64,000 bases of DNA from Macrostomum lignano. Its lineage: Eukaryota. The notes under the pieces were generated by a model. The model worked only from the letters and a program-made list of their open reading frames with translations. It had not been told where the DNA came from and ran no database searches. Of this stretch, positions 34,876 through 47,090 are shown one piece after another (position 1 is the first letter of the stretch; every line of letters starts with the position of its first letter). The position numbers and the translations under genes were made by a program. The DNA lies in the NCBI GenBank assembly GCA_002269645.1, contig NIVC01001385.1, forward strand, positions 124,001 through 188,000, in the 5' to 3' direction.

Positions 34876-35415
34876 CTATCGTCTCCAGGTCGACGCGTAG
34901 CCGGCCGATGTTACGACTTCGTCTTCATCGCAGGAATCATCGTCAGATGATATCACGCATGTCTGGACAACTGTCGTATCAGCCACCGTCGGGCCCGAGC
35001 TGCCAACCAGGTATCCAGCAGCGCCGCCAATTGCCGCTCCTGTCCAAAAACCAGGACCGTTGTGGCCGCCGCTGCACTCATCGACCAGCGGTTTGTACTG
35101 AGTTCGACAATAATAGGTCGGCGGAGTGTCGCTAAGCATTGTCGGATGCGTCGGATGGCAGGGACAAATTCTGTAGGCTAGTAACACTAGGCCAATCAGC
35201 ACAACTACCAATAGTATGCCGGAAATAATTGGCACCGTGGCACTACTTCGCACAGTGTGCACTTCATAGTGCGCGTTGTGCTGATGATGGTGGTGATGTC
35301 CATGATGACTATGCTTGTGATGATGAATTCCAGTTGGCTTCAGTGAGAACGTCAAACCGCAAGAGCCAGCAAGAATGTAGGGATCAGATGGGTGATCGTA
35401 GCCTTCACAGCTGAC
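34876..35415 (-). CDS. SARAF: SARAF (TMEM66) exon 2
   Basis: CAG|VSCEGYDHPSDPYILAGSCGL, a transmembrane segment IISGILLVVVLIGLVLLAY, GFWTGAAIGGAAGYLVG, and the end AGYASTWRR*. Confidence 0.93.
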   Translation of the reverse strand, partial: VSCEGYDHPSDPYILAGSCGLTFSLKPTGIHHHKHSHHGHHHHHQHNAHYEVHTVRSSATVPIISGILLVVVLIGLVLLAYRICPCHPTHPTMLSDTPPTYYCRTQYKPLVDECSGGHNGPGFWTGAAIGGAAGYLVGSSGPTVADTTVVQTCVISSDDDSCDEDEVVTSAGYASTWRR

Positions 35416-35485
35416 CTGCAATGCAATGTTACTCTGTCATTATTCTTAAACATAAACTGTAGCATCTAAAAACTATTTAGCTTAC

Positions 35486-35773
35486 CTGTATTGTGTCGAA
35501 CTGAACACTTTTTGGCAATTGAGCCTCGCATTTCCACTGCACGTCTAGTCCATCCGTTCCTTTATTGTAACATTGCACTGTGCTTGGAAGAGATTTACAA
35601 GGTATAACAGTTGGAATGCAACGAAGTTGAGGTATTGGCGATCCTCTCCGCGCTGTGGTAAACTTTTCACTGTGGAGTGTTATTGATTGCACGCTAGAGA
35701 GAAGAACTTTCTGCTGACATTCACCGTAAATAAACAATGAGCCCAGAAAGAGTAAAATTAAATTACTTTTCAT
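35486..35773 (-). CDS. SARAF: SARAF (TMEM66) exon 1; the full protein is 275 aa
   Basis: Signal peptide MKSNLILLFLGSLFIYGEC, then KVLLSSVQSITLH..FTTARRGSPIPQLRC..VQCYNKGTDGLDVQWKC. A 70-bp GT-AG intron at 35485-35416, phase 0. Confidence 0.93.
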
Positions 35774-36309
35774 GGATGACTGTTTCTTGTTGTAAGCTTC
35801 AAAATAGTAAAGCAGTATGTAGTAGTGTACGTAAGTATTAGAATTTCTTACGTGTATCTGTATGACGGCTTATATAGAAGAGAAACTCAATTATTAAAGC
35901 ATACAAACAAAACTTAGCAATGTTAGTGCATTTTCAAGGAATAATTTTACTAAGCTAGGAAGTTTTATAAAAAAATTATAAAAAATAGTGCTTTACTATA
36001 AAAACTTAACTAAGTGTGTGCCGATGTTGGATTTAGGTAAAAAAATTATTATACAGAAAAATCGGAATTTTTCATTTTCGTCCCTGATCTTTCACAGACA
36101 ATTTATTCGTTTCCCGAGCGATATTCAGATTTAGAGTCGATGGTAAACAAAATATTAAGGACTTATTGGGCTTAATGAATAACCACGAAACTTTACAGGC
36201 ACAAAATTTCCCATTTGAAACTGACGTACATGTATGTCGATTTTTAAGCATTTTCATGATTCATTATAGCTCGTAGTGACTGGAAAATATCAGGCATTTT
36301 CGCTCTGCT

Positions 36310-36545
36310 CCTATATCTCCGTAGCGTATTTTTGAAGTCCTCGTACAGCATTTTCTACTGAATAAATCGGATTGGAAATTTACAGGCACAAAAGTGTCCA
36401 TCTGAAACTGACGTGTATCGATTTTTAGAGCTCTCCGTGACCTGTACCTGAATGACAGGCATTTTCGAATCATAGAATGCCTATTCTTAGAAAATTTTTG
36501 AAGACACTTTCTCCCGAAAAAATACACTACGGAGATAGGAAATTT
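36310..36545. repeat. MITE-like inverted repeat upstream of SARAF; partial copy at about 37597-37657
   Basis: CCTATATCTCCGTAGCGTATTTTT pairs imperfectly with AAAAATACACTACGGAGATAGG. Confidence 0.5.
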
Positions 36546-37766
36546 AGATTTGTGATATTTTAGTGTTATTTTATTTTCACATATTTTATGTGTGATATTT
36601 TAGCGACTACAGCTGTATGTACATGTAAGATATTTGTAGTTCGACACATTTATGTGGCGTAAGTGTGCATAATCTTAAATTGGCGCATGACTGCTGTTTT
36701 ATATCGTACATGTTAATGGACATATCGGGGTAAATAAATGTTTAGTTTACGGTTCTGTGTGTAGTGTTGCTTATTTTATTATTATTCTTATTTGCAGGAG
36801 GGCTGTGAGCACTGGCACATTTGGTAACAGTTGACAGTAGACCGGCAGCCAGCGAGGAGGCAATTCTGCCCATTCTACTGACTCCTGATTGAGCACACAC
36901 GCACACAGATACCGTACGCAGGCACGAATTCACACAAATGTGTACATCTGCTCTGACTTTGTCATCGTCAGGCAGTGTACATTCTCTCGGTGTCTTTAAT
37001 TGGAGATTGGCCCTCATGGGCGTAAATTGCACGAAAAGCCCCCCCCCCAAGCCTTCTCTCCGCGGCTGCGCCTCAAATTAATGTACATGTACGTGGGCCT
37101 CGCCGCGGAATCGAGCTCAGGGACCGTGCTGCGAGAGGCAAACGCGTTTGACCCCTCTCACTCACCCCCCTGGTAGTGTTAACTTTAAGCTGCCAGATGG
37201 GCAGCAGAGCTAACCATGGACCAACAGCCTTTACTGCTGGTTATATGCTGCACAGTAGCCGTTCCTGCCGAGCATGGTCAGCAACGCTGATCATAAAAAT
37301 GGGTGAAAAAAGTCCTATTTAGCTGCAATGGAATCCAGTGACTCGGTTTCAGGTTTCAGCATTCTCTGTGATGACATCATCAGTCTCTGAATACGATGTA
37401 TGCGAAATTTCCATCGTTGTAGCTGGTTTACTTTTTAATAAAATAATGCACTACTCGTATAAGGAGGTGCAGTGCTTTCTCTTTCACAAAGGCCTGTTTG
37501 CAGATTTTAAAGTGAACTGTACGTGTCTATTGCTAGATATCGAGTGTACACACTGCATAACAAGGACGACTTAAGTAGAAGGACGGGAAACCTCGTTTCT
37601 TAGAAAATTTTTGAAGGCACTTTTTCCCGAAAAAATACACTGCGGAGATAGGAAATTTTCATTTTTTCAGCACAAAAATTGCTATAACTTTTGATAGGAG
37701 GCAGATCCAGTGTTGATATTTTGATATGTTGTGCCTTTTTTATTGCTCTATCGATATTTATAAAGC

Positions 37767-38057
37767 TTTTCGTTCAGAAAATTAGGATTCTATGTTAATT
37801 TTTTATTCTACGTATATTTTCAAGTGCCTTGTGTCTGAAATACGTAAAATGCCACGGCTCGGCTCTTTGGTTTTATGAGTCTATTTTATCATTCTTACCT
37901 GACTGTGTAGCAAAGATTTGTGACAGAAATGATAATATAGATTCATAAAACCAAATATTGGAGCTATGTCATGCATTTTTGTGATTTTTAGATACAGAAC
38001 ATACGTAGAAATGTAGAATAAAAAATTAACATAGAATCCTAATTTTCTGAACGAAAA
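37767..38057. mobile_element. Foldback/MITE with nested inverted repeats
   Basis: Outer IR of about 45 bp TTTTCGTTCAGAAAATTAGGATTCTATGTTAATT.., and an inner IR at 37866-37955. Confidence 0.7.
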
Positions 38058-38409
38058 ACTTTATCATTATTTTCCTCATTTTCTGAAAGACTGGGGATCT
38101 TTAAAAAAGTACCTGAGACTATGAGGAATTAAAATTTGGGATTTAAAATTTAGAGCCCAAAGATCCTCTAAAGTTGCTGTTTGTGATTGGAGCCTACGAT
38201 ATGGGAATGGAAGTCAAGATCTTAAAATTGGAGGTTATGATTAGATCTGAGATTTCACAATTTTAAGACCTATGCGATTAAAATTATAAAACTGGAACCT
38301 ACATTTCGATAGGATTTTTGTTTAGGAATTCAATTGAGTATGTAGGATTTGTACGAATAAACAATTATTATAATAGATTTAGAATATTATAGGATTGTCG
38401 TTTTGTTAC

Positions 38410-38600
38410 ATGGGATTGGATTTTAGGATTAGGGATTGGATTTTGGATCTAGAATTGGATTTTCGGATCTGGGATTGGATTTTAGGATCTGGGATTGGAT
38501 TTTAGAATATGGGATTGGACTTTAGGATTATGGGATTGGATTTTAGGATCTGGGATTGGATTTTAGGATCTGGAACTAGAGTTTAGGATCTGGGATCAGA
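38410..38600. repeat. 20-bp satellite GGATTGGATTTTAGGATCTG; it resumes at about 39987-40120
   Basis: Direct reading on both sides of the RTE fragment. Confidence 0.85.
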
Positions 38601-38617
38601 ATTTAGTATCTTTAGCC

Positions 38618-39986
38618 TTTAACACTGCGCTGGGCGACAAGCGTGGAAGTGCCGAGTATGCGGAAGTGTGCGCTGCAGTCAGAACCGCCGCGGAGCTAGC
38701 AGTCCCGATGATGCAACTGGCTCAACGTGGGCAGCCGGTCTGGCAGAATGACCCCGCGATTCAGGCAGCGAGGGAAGATCTAGAGAGGCTCCGCTTGAGC
38801 AGGCGACCAATCCGCGAGGCAGAGCCAGCACTGGCGGCTGTCTACCTTCAGTGCAGCGCCAACAAGCGGCTGTCGATGACGCCATTCAGGCTTGTCTCTG
38901 CCGCTGGGCCCGATGCCAGGGGCGCGTGGCCTGGTCCGCCATCAACGCTCTGACGGGGCGAAAGCTGCGCAATCCGCTGAACCTGGCTGGTGACACTCCG
39001 GACGAGCGCAGGAACGAGCTGCGCGAGTTCTTCGCCGCCATCGTCAACGCGCCGCCACCCCCGCTGCCAGACAGTCTGACGCTGCCGCCGGAGACGCCGT
39101 TGCCGGCAGAGGAGAGTTTCAGCGTAGCCCCAGTTAACGCAGCCGGCGTTGTCAAGCTCGCCCAGCAGTCACCGGGCGGGAAAGCGCAAGGTCCGGACGA
39201 GGTGCCCATCGAGGCGCTGCGCATCCCCTTGTGGCTGCTGATCGAGGTCGCCAGAGTGATGAACCGCGTGCTCTTCGGTGAGGCCCAACGAATGGACCAC
39301 GGCGCACATCGTCGCTGTTCCAAAGAAGCCGGGCACCACTAGGCTTGAAGACCATCGAGGCATCTGCCTTCAGTCCTGTGCAGCGAAGCTATTCAACCAG
39401 ATGCTGCTTTCGCGGTTGCAGCCCGTGCTGGATCCGTACCTGCGCCCAGAGCAGAACGGGTTCTGGCCCCATCGCGGCACAGTGGCGCAGATCCTGGCTC
39501 TTCGCCGAGTCATCGAGGAGGCGCGGATTCGCCAGTCGATCCTGATTCTAATCTTTATTGATTTCAAGAAGGCTTTCGACTCGGTTGTCAGAGCCGTGCT
39601 TCCAATGGTGCTCGCACGTACAACCTGCCTGAGCAGCTGATCTCCGCCATCATGGCGATTTACCGTGATACGACAGCTGCTGTGACAAAACCGGACGTCC
39701 TATCGGACTCGTTTGAGACATCCTCCAGAGTGCTTCAGCGAGATACGCTGCGCCGTTCCTGTTCGTCCTGGTGCTTGACTGGGTGCTGCGGACTGCTCTT
39801 ACCACCGACGACGACGGCTTTCTGCTGCGGCGACGCGTGGGTCGACGTCAACCGGAGAAGCGGCTCAGCGTGCTTGGCTACGCCGACGACCTCGCCCTGC
39901 TGTCCTCGACCGTCGAGGGCGCTAAACGCCAGCTGGACAAGCTAGTTGCCGTTGCGGCGAGCGTCGGCGTGGTGGTCAACACGATC
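38618..39986 (+). mobile_element. Degenerate internal fragment of an RTE-clade LINE, related to 1083-2099
   Basis: KAQGPDEVP, WTTAHIVAVPKK, EQNGF..RGT..QILALRR, FIDFKKAFDS, SRVLQRDTL and YADD, with several frameshifts. No tail and no TSD. Confidence 0.9.
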
Positions 39987-40699
39987 TGAGTTTGGCATCT
40001 GGGACTGAATTTCTTAAATTTGGGATTGAATTTAATGATTCGGGATTTGATTGTAGGATCTGGGATCGGAATTTCGGATCTGGGATTGGACTTTTGAGTA
40101 TTCGGATTGAAACTTAGAATTTGGGGTTTCTTATTTCAATCAGGATCAATCAATTCGATCGACATCGATTCATCGAAGTATGAAATTAAGGAATTTTTTA
40201 AATAAAGTATCTAAGTACTACGCTAAGTTTATTTATGACGTAGTATACAGTTACATTAAAAATTTCTGAATCAAAGCAAACTTGGTAAGAAAATTTTACA
40301 TCTTGTATATTCAAGTGTTGCTATTTTTTATATAAGTTTTTAATTTTTGTTTTGTGTTTTAAAAAAGTTTTGTAAAATTTTAATGGCGTGATTTTCTGCT
40401 CAAAATTGCAAAGGACGGCAAGCTTAATTAGCAGCCCTTGTTGTTAAGGACGGCAAGTGATTTAACCTGGAATTGTAGTAGTTAAGTGGGACAAATTGGA
40501 GAATAAAATCTATGTTGATTTTCACTTATATATTTTTATTGATCCGTCTAATTCCTCTACTTTATATTAGGAACAGTTGCTTAGTGCTGTTGCGTATTTT
40601 CCTGTTCAATTTGGTCTGTTGAATTTGCACTGGTTTTCATTCTCAGTTGGCTGATTAGTTTGCATGAGTTCCTTCGATCGGTGCTCCGGTTGGGTAAGG

Positions 40700-40940
40700 G
40701 GAAATTAAAAGATTAAGGAAAAGGTGGAAAGGTGGGATATAGTTAAGAGAAAGGGGAGTGAAATGGAGAAGGAAGAAGGGAAGAAATGAGAAGAAGGATG
40801 ATTGGGAGAAAAGGGGAGAAAGATGACAGGAAGAAAAGTGGAAAAGGACGAAGGGGAAAATGGCAAGAAGGAAGACAGGGACAAAGGAGAGGGGAGGGAT
40901 CGAGGAGAAAGACAGGAAGAAAAAGAAGAAGGGATAAAAA
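40700..40940. repeat. Purine-rich low-complexity tract
   Basis: Almost entirely A/G on the plus strand. Confidence 0.8.
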
Positions 40941-43373
40941 TCAAGTAAAAAAATTGTTCGAGAAACCGGGATCGATTGAATTAAGGTGAACTAGACTTTG
41001 CAAAAAATAAAATCGAAAGAAGTAATACAAATTAGTAGAAAGCGCTTCCAAAACTGTTGACGACTGTTCAGTCCATGGACAGGGGAGGGCCGCCACACAT
41101 CAATCCAAATTTGTACCCCAGCGTATGCTGGTACTGCTACCAATTTCAGAGCTGAATGAACTAATTAACACATGGGAATTCTGTGTTAGACAATTTTGAT
41201 GACAAAGTTCTCTTTGCTGTATGAAATCCAAATATTATAACATTTAAAATTTATCGTGTAGAACGTTTAATAAAGGAGCACAAGCACCAAAACAAAATTT
41301 GCAATTTTAAATAAAAAATGTTTTGTTGTTCAAGCATCAAATTATCGTTTATTTTAAATTTTAAAGTAAATAAATGATGACGTTGGAAATAGCTTGCTAA
41401 TAAAAAACAAACGTATTAAGTACAATGCATAGAAAATTGATAAATTTATTAAAATCGCCCTATCAAGCAGATTTTGCTTTGCCCAGCGCAATTTCAGCAG
41501 TAAGGTATTGAATTCTAGACAAAATAAAATGTGCAGACAGTCTTCTAACTGTATAACACTTTGTAATAGCATTTTCAGTTCAATATACAGAAATTTCAAT
41601 TTTATTTTGCGCGAAAATTGCACTGATACTTTGTATACTGAAATTGCAATTCAACATTTTATGCAACTTACATAGGAGGTACATATTGTTGTGTCGTGTA
41701 ACCTGACAGACCAACTTATTATTATTGATATACTGTTACGCTAATCTACCCTATACTAAATATTTATTCTATAACGCAAATGCTAACTATATTATTATTA
41801 TTGTCTTTTACTTATACTGCCACTTTAAGTAGAGTAGTTGATAAATTATCTGTATAGTTTAAACCTAATTTAATCACGTGATATCTGTAGCTAGCTCTTT
41901 TATAATTTATCGATCGTGCAGTTTTTCTAGTTTAGTTAAAATATCGATCATGTAGTTTTTTCTAAATAACAAATATATAAATAAAGCCACTGTGCGCACC
42001 TAGCACTTTACTGTTCAACTCAACTGGAAACTTCAAGCCTTGGCTACACACAAAACATTAAAGAGAAAGTATAGGATTTTAGTTGTTTATAAAAATGCAT
42101 TGAGTATTTTAAAGAAAAGCGATACCGTAAAATACTTGAATCCCTAGGCACAGGAAGAGCTAGTGAAGTAGTCTGCTAGTTATAAATAAATTTGGCCCTG
42201 GAAATACATTGCTATCTCGAAACGAATAGGAAATCGCGTTCGCCCAGATCGGCACGGACCCGGCAACTGAAAATTATAACGGGGGTTAAAGAGTTTCAAA
42301 GTAGCATGTGAAACACTTGGAGACAGGGAAAGATTGAGTTGCAAAAAGTGCAAAGTAGCATGTGAAACACTTAGAGACGGAAAGATTGAGCTGACAAAAG
42401 TGACATTAATTTTCGCATACAAAATAAAGCAACAGTTGGTTTGCCTATTAGCTATGTACACTCTACGGAAGCTTTGGAAGCGAGCCGATTGCCGAACGAT
42501 CTATGGTCACTGATTGACAAAATGAATTTCGTGCACTTTAATCTGAATTTACTTTTTTATCTATATTTTATGCTTAGATAGGACAACGAGAAGGAAGGGT
42601 TGGGGCTGGAGGCAGCAGCACAGGACAGAGGAGGCGGTGCTGAAGGCAGGAATGGGCAGAGGAGGCACGGTAATGAGCAACTATATCCGCATACATATGA
42701 TGCATGGTCAAGGTAAAAAGCAAATAAACTGCTTAAATTTGTTAGTACTTGTCAATTACCGAATTTCAGTCACTATACATCGCGGGCAGCTCTTCAACGC
42801 CTTCGGCAGAGCTGCCACTGCCTTCAACGACGGCGGCTTCTGAAGGCTGGTTGGGGAGTTGGGATAAGTGATGTCAGAGCGCTAAATTCTCATGTTGTCA
42901 ACTCCTTTCAGGCTAAATTTGGTTATGAAACATTGATTGAAAGCAACGGCTCTATGTTGTAAGTGCGTGAAAACTTCTGGGACGTATTGCGCCCAGTCTT
43001 GCCTGGCATACCAATTAGGCGGCGGGGGCAGATTTTTGTTGGCGGCGGAGGCGGCGGCGGTGGCGTCGAGCACGGACCGCCTGTCATCGCAAAAGGGCAA
43101 AGTTGCATGAAGTAGATTTGGAAACGCCATTGGAGCGGAGAACAAACGAACAGCCAATTAAAATCTGTCATTGGATAGACATTCTTATCACCCTTTGGTA
43201 CAGATCAACTTTTACTGCATTTAATACTGTCTTACCGAATGGCAGCATTTCTATTGCTTTTACTAACTTGCAAACTCAAGCCGTGACTTTCTAGCCGCAA
43301 TTTATCGATTTATGGCTAATACGAACAGATTTTTTTTTATTTATAAATTTACATCTGCTCATAATTTTAGTCA

Positions 43374-43666
43374 GGGGGCTGTAGCCTGGTGGTTAGAGTG
43401 TCACGGACTCGCGACTTGAGTTCTGGGGTTCGACTCTAGCCTCTGCTGCTACAATTTGAGTTGCTTTAGTTCACTCAGTTTTTAGATGGGTACCAGCATT
43501 AGCTGTGCTGGTTAGGGGTGTCGCGTCCCTTACAGTCAGTCAACGGACTGAACGGCCGCACTGTACGCAGTCTTTAGATGCGCCACACATTAGCGGCGAC
43601 TGTGCCGTCGGCTGCACGTCTGACCCGAATTGGACAGGTGTAAATCATGAATTATAATTATTATTA
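43374..43666 (+). mobile_element. tRNA-derived SINE, full length
   Basis: A box TAGCCTGGTGG (43382-43392), B box GGTTCGACTC (43427-43436), central CACTCAG..ATGGGTACCAGC core, and an (ATT)n-like tail. Confidence 0.8.
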
Positions 43667-44159
43667 GGGTGTCAATTTGACTAGAAGTGTTGACGAAAAC
43701 AGCAAAGGAGCCGTCACCATGACCTGAGAAGTTTCTTTTTCGTTTTTTAACAAGGAGAGAAAATCTCGCTTTTTGGAGCCAGAAATTGATTAGCTGAGAG
43801 ACATTTCCGTTGATTTCAAAAGTGTTTCAGCACTTAGGGGTTTCCTTTAGCTCCGCTTTCTACCTCAGATACCCGTTCCAGAACTGCCGCGACTCGTGGT
43901 TGAAGTGGCGCCAATTTGAATTGAATTTGATTTCCTACTCGTACTTGTTTTGTTTATCGTAAATTGATCAAAGACAAGTATTGCTCGAGAACACTGACCG
44001 TGTTTGCCAAGTGGTAACTTTACTCAGTTTTGTTCCAAGGAATTCCGGATAGCCAAGAATGCTATACATACAAGTCCTACATAGAAGTTGACAATCAAAA
44101 CTAAGCTGTGGGTGGCTAGCTGTATTGGACTTGGACTCAAGCAAAAGTTATTTATTTGG

Positions 44160-44440
44160 TCTAATAAGAAACTATTTATTTCATCTGCCTCAATCAGGCC
44201 AGAAGTGCAGCCGACAGCACAGCCGCAACTATTGCCCGGCGCATCTGAAGACTGCTTACGGCTGTTCAGTCCACAGACTGGAGCGACGCCAGGCCCAACG
44301 TCAATTACATCAGCTGACGCTGGCACCCATTTAACAGCTGGGTGAACTGAAGGAATGCAGAGTTAAGTGTCTTGCTAAAGGACACAAATTGAAACAAGAG
44401 TCAGGAATCGAACCCCCGACCTTCAAGTCGTGAGTCCTGT
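44160..44440 (-). mobile_element. Second SINE copy, inverted, lacking the A box; further fragments near 41065-41140 and 46340-46480 (minus)
   Basis: B box GGTTCGATTCC (44414-44404), CACCCAGCTGTTAAATGGGTGCCAGC core, and a GGACTGAACAGCC..CAGATGCGCC 3' part shared with 43374-43666. Confidence 0.75.
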
Positions 44441-44929
44441 AGACTATTTAAGCGGTTTACGCGGCTTGCAAGTGTGATGCCGCATGAAATTACGGATATC
44501 CAATGACATTAGACTTTATTTAGCAGTAAAAACAGCCCGATTTGCGAGGGCATGGAATTTAAAAGATATTTTTAAAATACTTGTCATAGAACAGTGAAAA
44601 CTTAAAATCGCTGGTTATTCAGCGAAAGGCAGTAAAATATCGCAGACAATGCTAGCACCAAAAACATTCGCGCCTAAAACATTCTACCATAGCTGCAAGA
44701 CTAACCGGAGAGCTCGACGGAGTAGAATCCTGAAAAGCAACACCCGGGACAGAATCTCCGTCACAAGTTGCATTTGGCTGACTAAATTCACTGGTGCAAT
44801 GACACCTGGTGAGGTGATTAATTACTGAAAACGTAAAACATTTTGAAAGGCACCGCATTGTCCCATTGTCCCAATCAGCAGCAATGAAACTCACCGCCAA
44901 TAACGGGCCTTTCAGGCTTTCGATTGCTA

Positions 44930-45500
44930 CCTGTGGGCAGTGGAGTAGGAGCGATGGGAATAGCTTTGTGACATTTCTATGATATACTTTGCGAGTGTTT
45001 CTGTTATCTCTCCATAGTCTTGCACCATTAGGCAGTGCTTTGTCCTCGGGTGAAAGACTCTCAAAGTTCGGGACCATATTTGAGATTTCTCTAATGAAAC
45101 TATTTCGAATGGGAATATAAAATTGCCAAGCTGCATTTAAAAAGAAAGAGTGTCGTTTTCTACTTCAGTTCTGCACTTAGAGCAAATCCTGTCTTCAAAT
45201 GAGACTTTAGGTCTTGCAGCTCTTAATGTCTCGCAAGCTAGTTTGTGGCTTCCCAGTCTGAAGATTGACAAGGTTTTTCGAAGCTCGGATTCCGTGATTT
45301 CCGTAAGGAATCTTTCTGGTGAATGATATCTTTTAAAGCTGTAGTACAAATGTTTCAGTTTCTTAGAGTTTTCCACTTTCTGTCTCCAGTGTCTCTCATA
45401 TTCTGGCACAAAGTTTGTCCTATGTCCCATACGCTCGTAATTGCCTTTGAAATGCTTGCGTCGTTACAGTCTTTCATCACTTCGCTGTTCCTTTTCGCCA
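44930..45500 (-). mobile_element. 3' fragment of a non-LTR retrotransposon ORF2 (CR1/L2- or RTEX-type cysteine-rich end)
   Basis: KL..Y..FK..ERFLTEI..RKTLSIFRLGSHKLACET..EDRICSKCRTEVEN, followed after a frameshift by FLFKC. Confidence 0.75.
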
Positions 45501-45815
45501 TTAAGCCTACTTCCCTATAAGTGGATTAAGTGGAAAATAAGTCAATTTGGAGACGATTGAATCACCACGATTTGCAAGGGAGGCCCAGTACTAAATACTC
45601 CTCTATTGAACATTGTAAAGGAGGGGCAGTTTTCCTAATTCTGATCAGGCAGAGTGAGCACCCATCCCAACGCACAGGTTTTTCCAGAGTCTTCAGCTGG
45701 AATTATAATGCTAACTGTAAACTAAATGTTCCACAAATTCCTAATTCAACAATTTATTAAACAGCCTCGAAGCAAGACTTAGAAGTCGCAATATTAAAAA
45801 GTTTGCAATACTCAC

Positions 45816-46009
45816 GCGCAGTTCGCGAATTTCGGCGCACAGTTCGGCGCTGGACGCGCGCATTTCGGTGCGCAGTTCGCAAATTTCGGCGCGCAGTTCG
45901 GCGCTGGACGCGCGCATTTCGGCGCTGGACGCGCGCATTTCGGCGCGCATATCAGTGAGCATTTCGCGCATTTCGGCGCGCAGTTCGCGAATTTCGGTGT
46001 TGTCGCCGA
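45816..46009 (-). other. Isolated candidate exon encoding heptad coiled-coil repeats (21-bp-based repeat)
   Basis: TTTTAG acceptor at 46010-46011 and GTGAGT donor at 45815. It reads GDNTEIRELRAEMREMLTDMRAEMRASSAE..AEIRELR. Confidence 0.45.
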
Positions 46010-47090
46010 CTAAAATATGCAGCCGAAGAATTAAAAAGCGACAACAGTTTTAAGTCAGAAACTCAAATGAAATAATCAACATCGCCTAAACTGTTTATCA
46101 TCATCACCCTATACTAAGCGTCCAAGATAAGTTTGTTGGTATGTTTGTACTGTACCGCTCTAGTGATTGAATGCCTTAACCATTTTTATTGCGTTGATTG
46201 TATTGATTCAAGGATTAGACTGATATTTTTTTCTCAATGCTAAGGGTAGTCAACATTCGGACCTTTCCAATCCTGTATTTATTTTCTTGAATGCACGTGG
46301 CCTAATCAGGTCAGCTGTGTACTCGTAGCCACCAGCACAGCTGCAGTTATTGCGCGGCGCATCTCAAAGCTGCGTATGGCTGTTCAGTCCATGACTGAGG
46401 GAGAGGCGCCACTCCCACCCTCAATATCTAGCTAATGCTGGTACTCATATTACAACTAGCCTGGGTATACAGAAGCCATTCAGCACTCAGGACCTGAGTC
46501 AAATGTTCAGAGCTAAATAGATATAAATTACCCGACCTAAATTTGTGAGTCGGACATAAGCAACAAAAATCATCAAATTGAAATCAACAAAATTCTAGTT
46601 TTAAAGCTTACCTACTTCGCCAGCACCAATTTCAGACTGGGAGTTCATCACGCTGGCAGATAGCTAGTAATAAAATGCTGCAATGATTTGTTGGAATTTG
46701 CTGTGTAAACATGGCAACAACATGGGCAGAGTGGAGCCTATGATGGTAAAAAAGTTAATTATATTTGAAGAAACCTACACTTTCATTGAGTTGAAATTAT
46801 GTTTGGCTTTTAAGGGGAAAACGGCCCAGTTAAAATTAAATCTGTTGTACCACTGAGATCAAAGGATGGGTGTGCTTACACGAATGAATGAGAGGTCATA
46901 CAGATTGAAGGAGGTACTAAATTTATTTATTAAATTCTTCTGGCCTAAATGCTTCATAAATTCTAAAGTCCTGAAATTATGGCTAAAGTGCTATGAGATA
47001 TGGCTAAAGTGCTTTGAGATTCATAGGCGTAGGAACATTTCAAAAAGTGGGGGGGAGGCAGGTTTAGTGATGGATATAGGGGGGGGGGGG

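Noticed and set aside
40705-40989. ORFs in the purine tract
   Set aside because: They are compositional artefacts of low-complexity DNA.
43374-43445. tRNA gene
   Set aside because: A and B boxes are present, but no convincing cloverleaf or terminator. It runs into a SINE body repeated at 44160-44440.
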